Both the position numbers and the translations under genes were made by a program. 64,000 nucleotides of DNA, taken from NCBI GenBank assembly GCA_030704615.1, contig CM060732.1:3348001-3412000 (forward strand), in the 5' to 3' direction. A model generated the notes under the pieces. It did no database searches. It was not told the origin of the DNA and worked only from the letters and a program-made list of their open reading frames with translations. The stretch is from Takakia lepidozioides (Eukaryota; Plantae; Bryophyta). Each line of letters starts with the position of its first letter. Position 1 is the first letter of the stretch. Positions 10,949 through 21,301 of the stretch are shown here, piece by piece.

Positions 10949-13900
10949 GTGGTATCATCGACCGCTCCAACTCATCGCATGTTTGAATCGCCCAACTTGG
11001 GGCGAGAGGGCAAACTTCAACCTTTTGTTGGTGGACGGGAGGACCTGCAGCGAGGGTACGACAGAATAGGCATTGGGGAGGTTGGTGCAGGCGGCATGGC
11101 AGGTGAAGGGCATGAGGACGTGAGGACAGCAGATCCGGCAATGGAGGTTGTTGATGCACATGCAGTAGGGCCCGCCCACGCAAAGAAGAAGAAGAAAGCT
11201 AAGCACATGCAATCCCCGGTGAGAGAGCCGTCACGGGCTGCAGAGGGGGGAGTGAGCAGTGCGCGCGAGGGTGTTCCTTCTCCTCAATCAAAGGTGGTCG
11301 TCCTGGAGGGCTCCCCTGCTGCTAGCCCTAGTAAGAAACAGAAAGCCCGTGAGAGGGCAAAAGAGAGGGCAAAAGAACAGGCGAGACAGAAGGCTAGCCA
11401 GGAGGAAAGAGAAAAGGCCATTGAAGAGGCTAGGGGTGCCCAAATGACAGATGCCAATGTAAGTGAGGGACGCACAGAGACGGTGGATCCCTCCAAGACA
11501 CCACAAAGAGGCAGTAACACACCGGTTACACCATCGCGGACAAGAGCAGCCCCTGCAATTACCCATACGGTGGAGAGTGGAGGAGAGGAAAGAACACCAC
11601 AAAGAGCACGGATTGTGCAAGTTCGAGGTGAAGCCGGGGAGATGGCAGTAGAGACAGGGAGAGTCGAGTCGAGGTGGTTTTGCCGGTGGTTCACCATGTT
11701 GAGGAGGATGACGCCGAGCTTTCTGACCAGGATGACATCCTCCCGGACATCCCCAGGCCCCAAACCCGCAGCATACAGGCTGGATTTGGCGGTCCTGGTG
11801 GGCTGCCGAAGAACCCCTCTGCAGCAGACGTCATGTCGGAGGCGGATATGAAGTTGGCCGCTGCCAAGATGTTGGAGGCAACCCACAGCAACATTGGCCG
11901 GGTGCTGGGGGGCATGGTGTACCCGGCCAAGCTTTGAATTCCCCTTTGTCACTTGGTGTCTTTGTAGGTGGTGAGACCTGCCCTCCCAGGCGATATCGAC
12001 AAGCTGAAATTCTCTTTCCGGGATGGATATCAAATGGGGTCTGCCGCGTTTTACGTTTCCATTGAGAACGACCACGGAGCTTCCCGTGCCCACACTTCCG
12101 ATGAGGTGGACAAATGGGGTCCCCATTGGCAAAGGCGAAATGAGGAGTTCGAGAGATCGATTGTTACTGATCCTCTTTTCCAGCACTTGTCCGGAAAGAT
12201 GTTTTACGTGTGGGACGGCAATCATCGCCTCCTGGCATGGATGGAGCACATAGCCGAAGCCCACCCCAATGACCTCGATTGGCATTTCGCCGTGGAGTGT
12301 GTTGTGCTGAAGGTTGCGGGGCCCAAAGATCGCAGTCTTCTCAAAGCTGCAATGGCGGACATCAACTCGTTAGTTACAACGCCTCTTGCTTTTGGACCCA
12401 TCCGATTGTAAGTCATTTCATTGCGAATCCTCATATTTGTTGTAAATTCCCATTTCAGAATTATTTGATGGAAATGTGGCATTGCAGGGTGACTGAGAAT
12501 GCCTTCATTGCCACCAACTTGTCCCATATGCTCTTCCGAGTGAAGGATGTCGGGAAGCAGGGGGTGCAAGAGTTTGCCAATTCGCTCAGTGCCGACCTCC
12601 TGCGCAAGTCGATTGAGCAGGATCTCTAATCTTATGTGCGCATTCTTGACAGACGAAAATTCAGCAGGATTTGGCACATGCGCGGAGGTTCTACATGGAG
12701 TCAGAGGAGAAGAATCTAACCCTTCCGGCACTCGAATCGTATCTCAAAGCTGTGGAGGTGAGGGCCCGCATAAAGTACAAGTCGCGGATGGTAAAGTACG
12801 TGGCCATAGCTGATCCTGCCCTTGGTGCCTACTTTCTGGTAGAGGTGGGGAAGCACTACTCCCGCGCTCTGAAGCCCACGATGACATTGGAGAAGCTCCA
12901 TCGTCTAGCCACATCCTGTGTGGATGGTGCAGAAAAGGTGATACATTCTTAACCAAATTGTGGTGGCAACAACTCGTTTTTGTGGTGTTTGGCGCTTACG
13001 AATATGCTGGGTGGTTGGACAGACCCGGTGGCTCCAAATCTGGAATGGTTCCCAAAGTACAAGGGACATGTGGAGCTTCCCCAAACCGGACAAACTGTCT
13101 GACCCCACATTTGACATGTGGATGAACCGCATGACATGGTGGTTTCAGGTACTTCCCCGCGCTTCGTTTGGCGCTTCTACTCTTGTAGGGGGTGGATTCA
13201 TTGTATTTTTGCAGCAATGCGATCTGATGGAGAATCTCCACAGGTGACGACGAATGTGCAAGAGCAGCTGGACACACAAGCACATCAGTTCAAGATGGAG
13301 ATTTCTCCTGCAGCAGAGAGCCTACGCGACTATGTGACGAGGTACTTTCTGCTCTACAAAACCGACCTATTCTTTCGGGAGATACCACATGCCCGCCGGA
13401 GCCACGAGTTCACCGACCAGCCGAACGCGGACAAAGCAGCAATGCACCTTCTATACAGGTACATACGCGATGCCTTCCTTACAGTCCTTGCATTTTTCGC
13501 CGAATTTCCAGATCAGGGCTCCGAAAATGGCTAAGTCCCTAGGGTGGCTGGCCCTGAACTGGAAATTCGGCGCTATTTTTCCAGGTCAAGGCCATATGGG
13601 ACTTAGCCATTTTTGGGCCGGACCTGGGAAAATGGCGCCGAATTTCCAGTCAGGGCTCCGAAAATGGCTAAGTCCCTAGGGTGGCTGGCCCTGAACTGGA
13701 AATTCGGCGCCATTTTTCCAGGTCAAGGCCATATGGGACTTAGCCATTTTCGGGCCGGACCTGGGAAAATGGCGTCGAATTTCCAGTCAGGGCTCCGAAA
13801 ATGGCTAAGTCCCTAGGGTGGCTGGCCCTGAACTGGAAATTCGGCGCCATTTTTCCAGTTCTGGGCCCTATTGCTGTTCTGGGACATAGCCATTTTCGGG

Positions 13901-16591
13901 CCGGACCTGGGAAAATGGCACCGAATTTCCAGTCAGGGCTCCGAAAATGGCTAAGTCCGTAGGGTGGCTGGCCCTGAACTGGAAATTCAGCGCCATTTTT
14001 CCATTTCTAGGCCCTATTGCCGTTCTGGGACTTAGCCATCTTCGGCCAAACCGGGAAAAATGGCGCCGAATTTCCAGTTCAGGGCTCCCAAGATGGCTAA
14101 GTCCCTAGGGTGGCAGTCACCGAAAACCGAAATTCGGCGCCATTTTTCCATTTCTAGGCCCACTCAGATCCGCCCAACCTGGGAAAATGGTGCCGAATTT
14201 GCAGTTCAGGGACCTCATTGTGTTTTTCATGAATGCAGGTACTGCAAGTTCTCCCTTTTGGAGAAAGGTCATCTGTCTTTCGAGCCACCATTCTTCCTGG
14301 CATGGAGGAACCCTGGGGCTGACTCCATGTACACTGACGATATTGTGAAGGAGTGGCATCTGGAACATTTGCGTGATTGCCCTTGGTATGTGGACCTTCC
14401 GCCCGGCATGCTCGACCCATCCGAGTTTCAATTGAAGCTGGATGTTGAGGCCCGACGAAACCGGGCTCCGCTGCCTCCGCTGGGTGCAAAAGAGGCAAAA
14501 GCGCTTGCGAACTCCAGGAAAGCGGCAGAGCTTGCTCAGGCAGGAATTCAGGAGAAATTGAATGAGAAGAGTAAAGGCCAAAGGAAAAAGACAAGGAAAC
14601 AGGTGAGTGCAGTAACACCCAAAAAACAGAAAACCATCGGGGCATCGGAGCAGGCGCAGGAGGGGACCCAAGAGAGTGACTCGGACGACGACTTTGTTCA
14701 AGGTCCTGCGACTGCTGTTGCTGCTACCCAGTCACCGGTCATCCGGGTTCCCAAGTCAGTTCGGAGTGGGACTGGCTCTGCCAAGAAGTTGGCATTTGAG
14801 GGCGAGCCTACACGGCGGTATTCGGTGGTGACGTTTACGCACAGGCCAAAGCTAGAACCTCCAACCATCATCCAATGCGTCAACGAGAGCTTCCTTGACG
14901 CTCTCGCTGCCAGGGCGAAGAAGGTGGCACACAGCAAGTCTTTGGCGGAGCAGAAGGGGAAAGCCAAGAAGAGGGCTGCCGGTACAGAGCCTAAAGACAC
15001 CCCTGGTTTTGAAGCCATGATGGAATTCTTCACGGCTGTGAGCACGGATTGCAAGAGCACTCGGGGGGGGGGTTGAGGTGGAGAGAGCTTGCGACATGAT
15101 TCTCCTCGACATTCCAGATGGGGAGCTGCTGGAGGGCCTGGATGGTGTGCCCACCTGGAACAGGTTTACTGAGGACTACTGGAAAGCCGGGTTTGGGCTG
15201 GCGGGGATGCTTCTGGATGACGGTGGATGTGTGGTTGTCCTTGCCACAAGAGGGAAGACCACAGAGAATGCGGTGGCAAGGTGGACACCGAAAAGTGTCA
15301 CCCGGTCCTCCTCAGAAAATGGTTCTGCATCAATACACAGGGGTTGCGAACAGAGGGCCAAAGTGTAAGTTATCAATCTATTGCATTCACCTTATATTGT
15401 GGTGTATCTAAACAAGATCCCGGAGTTGATCCCTATTTTGTTGGATGTGCAGACATTGGTGTTTGAGGCATATTGCTTTGTGAAGAGAGGGTCTACATTC
15501 AAATTCCGCAACGACGGTCGTCTTGTTGATGCCGCTGTGGACCCTTTTACCTACAATGTCCTCTACAACTATGTGCCCCACTCCAGTATGCCGAAGGACA
15601 CAAAGACAGGCAAACCGTGCCGGTACAGCCGGACCCGGAGCCCTGCTTTCATCCAAACCCTCATGGAGACGTGCTCGGATGTCCAAGGGCGGATTCTGGA
15701 CCTCACATGCGGCACGGGTAAGCCTTCACGTGCTCAGTTTGTCCCCTAGACCGATTGCAATTGCATGCCGCAAGCTATTAACCGCCCGTTTTGTTCCTCA
15801 GGTGCTTCAATGTGGGCAGGGACGTTGTCCGATAGGCATGTGTTCGCCTTCGAGCTAGATACTGCCCTCCACAACTCGGAACTTGCAGCGGCTGAACGTC
15901 TGCTGAAAGAGGAAGAGACATCCTCGGAGGATGAGGAAAAATCCGAGAAGGAGCAGGGGGAGGAACAAGTTGGGATCGAGGCCGAGGAGCCCCCGGTGTA
16001 CAAGTGAGTGGTCGCATTGTAAGTTGCCTCCAGATTTCGTGAGGCACCTCCCTTCGCTCTCTTATTTCATTGAAAACCCTTTCTGCTTCTGCTAGTATTG
16101 ACATTCTTGAAGTGGATTTGTTCTTACTGTAGGATCCAAGTACTGCAGGAGGGACGTCTACACCGGAGTTCATGGGCAGGAGGAACGTGCCTTTTTTTGC
16201 CAGGGGGGATTTCATGCTTAGTCCTGAAAGGGACTACATCCTTCCTACTTATGCTGCCCGGCTTGCTTTGGTGTCCATTAGGAGGTGTTTCGAACCTAGT
16301 CGTGTACAACAGATTTTAGACGAGGCAAGCCTCAAGAAAATGAAGATGAGGGAGGAGGCAACAGCTATTAGAGCCCGTTGGGCTCGTAGATTTGTGTTGG
16401 ATTCTGCTGAGGAAAGTGGGGGAGAAGAGGCAGAAGATTCCCAGGAGGTGAGGTGGACAGTCCCCCAAGGAGAGGACGGCATTTTTGAGAGGCATACTGC
16501 AATCGATGCATCACAGAGCTCGGAGGATGGGGGGGATGAGGGGGATGAGGAAGAAGGAGGGCCAAGTTCCTCGGAAGGTGTAGGAGAGTAG
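10949..16591 (+). pseudogene. Multi-exon cargo gene: ParB/Srx-like domain plus C-terminal beta-class amino-DNA-methyltransferase-like domain (family A); start approximate
   Basis: Exon 11969-12369 reads VRP..DIDKLK.SF.DGY..FYV..FYVWDGNHRLLAW. 15078-15900 reads CDMILLDIPDG..W..LLDDGG.VVV..RSPAFIQTLMETCSDVQGRILDLTCGTG|ASMWAG..RHVFAFELD, i.e. motif IV before motif X-I. GT-AG introns; frameshifts at ~11680, ~15070 and ~15280. Homologous exons at 38200-40184. Confidence 0.72.
13459..14238 (+). repeat. Intron filled with ~137-146-bp units, each made of two inverted palindrome-bearing monomers
   Basis: GT at 13459 and AG at 14238 match the B-family intron position. Sites at 13561, 13626, 13698, 13763, 13835, 13908, 13981 and 14053. 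CCGAAAATGGCTAAGTCCC alternates with its reverse complement. Confidence 0.88.
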
Positions 16592-16799
16592 TTCCCATTC
16601 CTGCTATGACAGTTAGGACACACTTGTATAGACGTGGCTTGCCACCAAATTTGCAATAAAATGTTGCATTTCATTGCTATGATGAGTCCACATGACCCTA
16701 TTTCCGTGCCTCCTAACCCTATTTCCGTGGACACAATTTGGCCCGCTCATGTTTTTTTTTTCCGCTCATGCTCATGCCGCTCATGAAATAGTAGCCCCC

Positions 16800-18232
16800 C
16801 CAATCCGTTCTGTTTGCATTGACTATCTTAGCACAGATAGTACATAGTATTTTGTTGGTAGCCTCTGCCTGCCCATTACCCTGTGGGTAATCCGTTGTAC
16901 TCTTCCTATGCACAATCATGAACTCTTTAGTCAATAGTTCAATGGTCTCATTACTGAAGTGACTTCCTTGGTCACTGATAAATTCCAAGGGACAGCCAAA
17001 TCGTGTAAGTATGTTCTCATATAGGAACCTTGTTGTGGACTTAGCTCTGTTGTCCCTCAGAGCTTTAGCTTCCACCCACTTCGTAGTATAATCAGTGGCT
17101 GTAATTATATACTTGTTCTGTGTATTCTTGGCCGGTGGTTAATTGGTCCAACAAAGTCTAGTCCCCATTTCTGAAATGGTTCAATAGACATCGTAGGATG
17201 CAAAGCCATCTTCCCAGATCTCTGCAAGGGTCCCAGCCTCTGACATTCATCACAACTCTGACAATACTTGTGTACATCCTTGAACAAAGTAGGCCACCAG
17301 TAACCTGCAAGTAGTATCTTCCTACTGGTAGTCTCTTCTCCAAAATGTCCTCCAGCCACTCCTTTATGAACTTCCTCCAAAACTTTATTTACTTCATGGT
17401 GGTACAAGCATCGTTTAAGTACTCCATCAGGTCCTAGCTTATACATTCTGCCTTCTACCATAGTGTAAGGTAAAGCCTTGATAGCGATTCTCTTCCTCTG
17501 CTCCTTACCATAACTAGGTGGGCACTGACCATGAGTAAGATAGTATCTAATTGGCCACTGCCAATCTAACCATGCACTTCCTTGCACCTCCATTGCAAAT
17601 AAACTCGCATCAGGCAATTGGTCGTCTACTCCTGTGGCGGGCTCTCCTGTTGTTAGGCGTGACAAATGATCTGCCACAAGATGCAAACGGCCAAGCTTGT
17701 AAACAACTTCGAACTCAAACTCGTGCAAGATTATTAACCACCTTGCTATCCTTCCACTTATCAAAGGTTTGTTCACCAGATATATCAGAGCCTGGTGATC
17801 CACATAAAACATAAACTTTCTTCCCAATAGGTAATGTCTGAATTTCTTGACTGCATAAATCATTGCCACTGCTTCTCTTTCAGTTGTGCTATAGTTCCTT
17901 TTAGCACTGTTCATCAACCTGCTAGCATAGTACACAGGTGAATCTATATTTCCTGTAACATTTTGGGCTAACACCGCTCCCAACGCTTCTCCTGAGGCAT
18001 CACAGTGAACATGAAATACTACATGCCAGTGAGGGTTAATCAGCACAGGTGTAGTTGTTACTGACAATGTAAGTTCCTCAAAAGCCTGTTGACATTCAGC
18101 TGTCCATGCAAACACTGCATCTTTCTTCAGAAGCTTGCTCAATGGTGCTGCTATCTGTGCATACTTTTTGACAAATCTTCTGTAATAACTGGTTTGTCCA
18201 AGGAATCTCCTTAGACTCTTAACATTTACTGG
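16800..18232 (-). pseudogene. Gypsy pol fragment (end of RT, RNase H, integrase to core) of the Athila-like family
   Basis: ORFs 17105-18274 and 16719-17075: [34 protein letters not shown]. Confidence 0.92.
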
Positions 18233-19449
18233 CCTAAGGTCAGGTCGAAGAAGAGCCACCCTACAATTTTGCATGGCACCAAATGTCCTAAAACAGCCTG
18301 CTCGTAACAGAATCCAGGCTTTCCAAGGTTTATAATAAATGACATTGTTTGGTCAAAAAACAGAGCTTCCCCACTTTGCTGCTTGGTACTAGATATCTTA
18401 AAACAACTAGCTCGTCATATAATTGCTCCGGTGTCACAACAGAAGGCCACAGGGAACAAGAGAGAAATATCCTAATGAATCGTTGTCCACCATAGAAGGT
18501 TAAGAACAAAGGCCAGAAAGATCAATGCAAAGAGGCAGAAAGAGGTCTTCTCCCCCAAAGATACAGAAGTTGCGGCGTCGCATCAGTAGCTCGATTTCAT
18601 TCAACTTCAAGCTCAAAGAATCATATTAAGTGAGGACCCTCACCTGGTCCCATCACAAGCCCCCACAAAAACCGACAGGTTAGTAAGGATTGTGGAACCC
18701 CAGGTGAATCACAGGTCTCACGCTTGTTATCGCTGTACAACATGCATTCCAAAGCAGGAGTAGAAAGAAATCAGAGCATAAACAAGCCATCACCTTGATG
18801 GTTTGCGGAAGAGAAGCCTGCAAAATGGCTCCCAAGACCAACAAACAACAAAACACAAAAAGAGTGGATTGCCCAAGCATTTTAACAGGTTCATTCACTT
18901 CCCTGAGGTCTTAAGATGTGCCGTTGTATCTTAATGATCAATGAAGGGCACAACAAACGATCACAAGCTGAGTAGATCGCCCGCCAACATGAGAGACAAC
19001 CGCCACAGGGAAATTGAAGGCACTGCCGCCATTGCGCACCCCAAGAGAGGAAGAAAGTACTGGAATCTTGCCAGAAACCCTGCAGACCTTAATTACGCAG
19101 CACCATAGTAATCAAAGGCCCTGAATCGGCTCAATGCGCACTCCGCCACCATCCCTCAGTTCCAGCAAACCTTAAGCACGATTGTTGTGAAGAAAATTAG
19201 GGCAGGGAGGAGATGAAGCTATTTCCCCGCGATTTCATCCGCACGGGATGAGCTCCATCAACAAACGGTTGATAAAATCCCGATTTTTCATCCTTGTGTC
19301 ATCCGCCAGGGATGACATCTAGATAGGGATGAAAATCATTTGGCATTCATTAGGATAGAAACCTCATGACCTTATAAACCAAAGATCCAAGTAGGGTAAT
19401 TAACCAAAATTAACCAGATTCGGACGTCATCCGTAAAGTAAGAAATCAG

Positions 19450-20890
19450 CCGGTATACGGTGCCGCATTTCCGTCCCACAGCTCCATGTATGAGATACAA
19501 AAGGAAAATGCGGCGCCGCATTTCCGTTCTGGAATGTCGAAAGGTGCGATTCGGACGGAAATGAGGCACAACATTTCAGTTCCCGTGGTTCATGATTTTC
19601 AATGTGAACGGAAATGCGGTACCGCATTTCCGTTCCCCCTTCACATACGTTAGTTGATGAACGGAAATGCCGTGCCACATTTCCGTTCGGGAAAGTATAG
19701 AGGTCTCACCTGAACAGAAATGCGGTGCCGTATTTCCGGTCTGGAAAGTTTGAAGGTCTCACATGGATGGAAATGCGGCACCACATTTCCGTCCCACAAC
19801 TCCAGGGCTCATATACAAAACGGAAATGCGGCGCCTCATTTCCGTTCTAGAATGTCGGAAGGTGCGACTCGGACAGAAATGCGGTGCCGCATTTCTGTTC
19901 CCGTTGCTCACGATTTTCAGTCAGAACGGAAATGCGATACCGCATTTCCGTTCTGTAGAGTATTAACGTCTGACGCTGGCGGAAATGTTGTGCCGCATTT
20001 TCGTTCCACAGCTCCATGCCTCACATACAAAACGGAAATGCGGCGCCGCATTTCCGTTTTGGAATGTCGGAAGGTGCGACTCCGACGGAAATGCGGTACC
20101 GCATTTCAGTTCCGATGTTTCAGGATATTTCATCAGAACGGAAATGCGGTGCCGCATTTCCGTTCTGGAATGTTGGGAGGTGCGACTCGGATGGAAATGC
20201 GCTGCCGCATTTCAGTTCCGATGGTTCACGATTTTCAGTCAGAACGGAGATGCGGTACCGCATTTCCGTTCTGGATAGTATGAATGTCTCAAGCGGTCGG
20301 AATCGCACTCGGCTCCATGCATCAGATACAAAATGGAAATGCGGCGCCGCATTTCCGTTCTGGAATGTCGGAAAGTGCGACTCCGACAGAAATGCAGTGC
20401 CGCATTTCTGTTCCCGTTGTTCATAATTCTCAATCAGAACGGAAATGCGGTACCGCATTTCCGTTCCACCTTCACATACCGTGCTTGTTGGATGGAAATG
20501 CGGTACCGCATTTCCGTTCTGGAGAGTATGAATGTCTTTTAAGGACGGAAATGTCCTGCAGCATTTCTATCCCTCAGCTCCATGCATCAGATACAAAATG
20601 GAAATGCGGCGCCGCATTTCCGTTCTGGAATGTCGGAAAAGTGCGACTCGGACGGAAATGCGGTGCCGCATTTCTGTTCCCGTTGTTCATAATTCTCAAT
20701 CAGAACGGAAATGCGGTACCGCATTTCCGTTCCACCTTCACATACCGTGCTTGCTGGATGGAAATGCGTTACCGCATTTCCGTTCTGGAGAGTATAAAGG
20801 TTTCCCCCGGACGGAAACTCGGTGCCGCATTTCCGTCGCTCTGGTGCATGACCAAGAAGCAATACAGAAATGCGGCGCCGTATTTCCGTC
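19450..20890. repeat. Family B palindrome array with 53-bp period
   Basis: About 27 copies of GGAAATGCGG(C/T)(G/A)CCGCATTTCC, starting for example at 19822, 19875, 19928, 19981, 20034, 20087, 20140, 20193 and 20246. Confidence 0.95.
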
Positions 20891-21301
20891 CACCAGCAAT
20901 CGAAAGAATCACTCGGGACGGGAAATCTGGAACCTCAATGGGTTGCATTGTTCCGAAACAACATTGCGGCCAGTCTTGATGAGCACAACTTGGTTGTCTG
21001 ACCGTTTTAACTAACAGTACTGGCACTTGTCAGTGCGAACGTTCCTGTCTGCACCGAGAATACTGCTGGATCCACCCTCAGGAGAAACTGTAAGGAGATG
21101 TTATTTCGTCGCCGAATCGGCCATCATTGTCATACTTACTGGCTATGGAATTACATCTCCCACCTGCATGCATGTAGCTTGAAACAATACTTTCCATTTC
21201 AATGTGCGACTTCCAATCGTCGATGGACTCCGCATGGTGCCTGTGAGCCTTGGTCTGTCGCTATACTGAACCTCGCACTTGCCAACTCCGTGCGGTGTTC
21301 G

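Larger units (their letters stand above)
4237..16799. mobile_element. Mutator-like (MULE) DNA transposon, family A, with both termini; carries a transposase and a ParB-MTase cargo gene
   Basis: Imperfect TIRs GAGGTTAGCTATTTCATGAGCATGAGCGG... and ...CCGCTCATGCTCATGCCGCTCATGAAATAGTAGCCCCC; internal MULE-type transposase; both termini abut gypsy sequence abruptly. Confidence 0.8.

Noticed and set aside
11284-12285. 333-aa antisense ORF (also 39129-40199 and 7184-7984)
   Set aside because: Shadow ORFs opposite GC-rich coding exons; the motifs and cross-family conservation are on the other strand.
4233-16803. CCAA as a true 4-bp TSD of element A
   Set aside because: The flanks come from non-adjacent parts of the gypsy family, and the B end is not directly flanked by CCAA. 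It is at most a target preference or a coincidence.
19450-20890. CRISPR array (palindromic repeat with constant-length spacers)
   Set aside because: Spacers recur in a higher-order pattern, the repeats are degenerate, there are no cas genes, and the context is a eukaryotic transposon.
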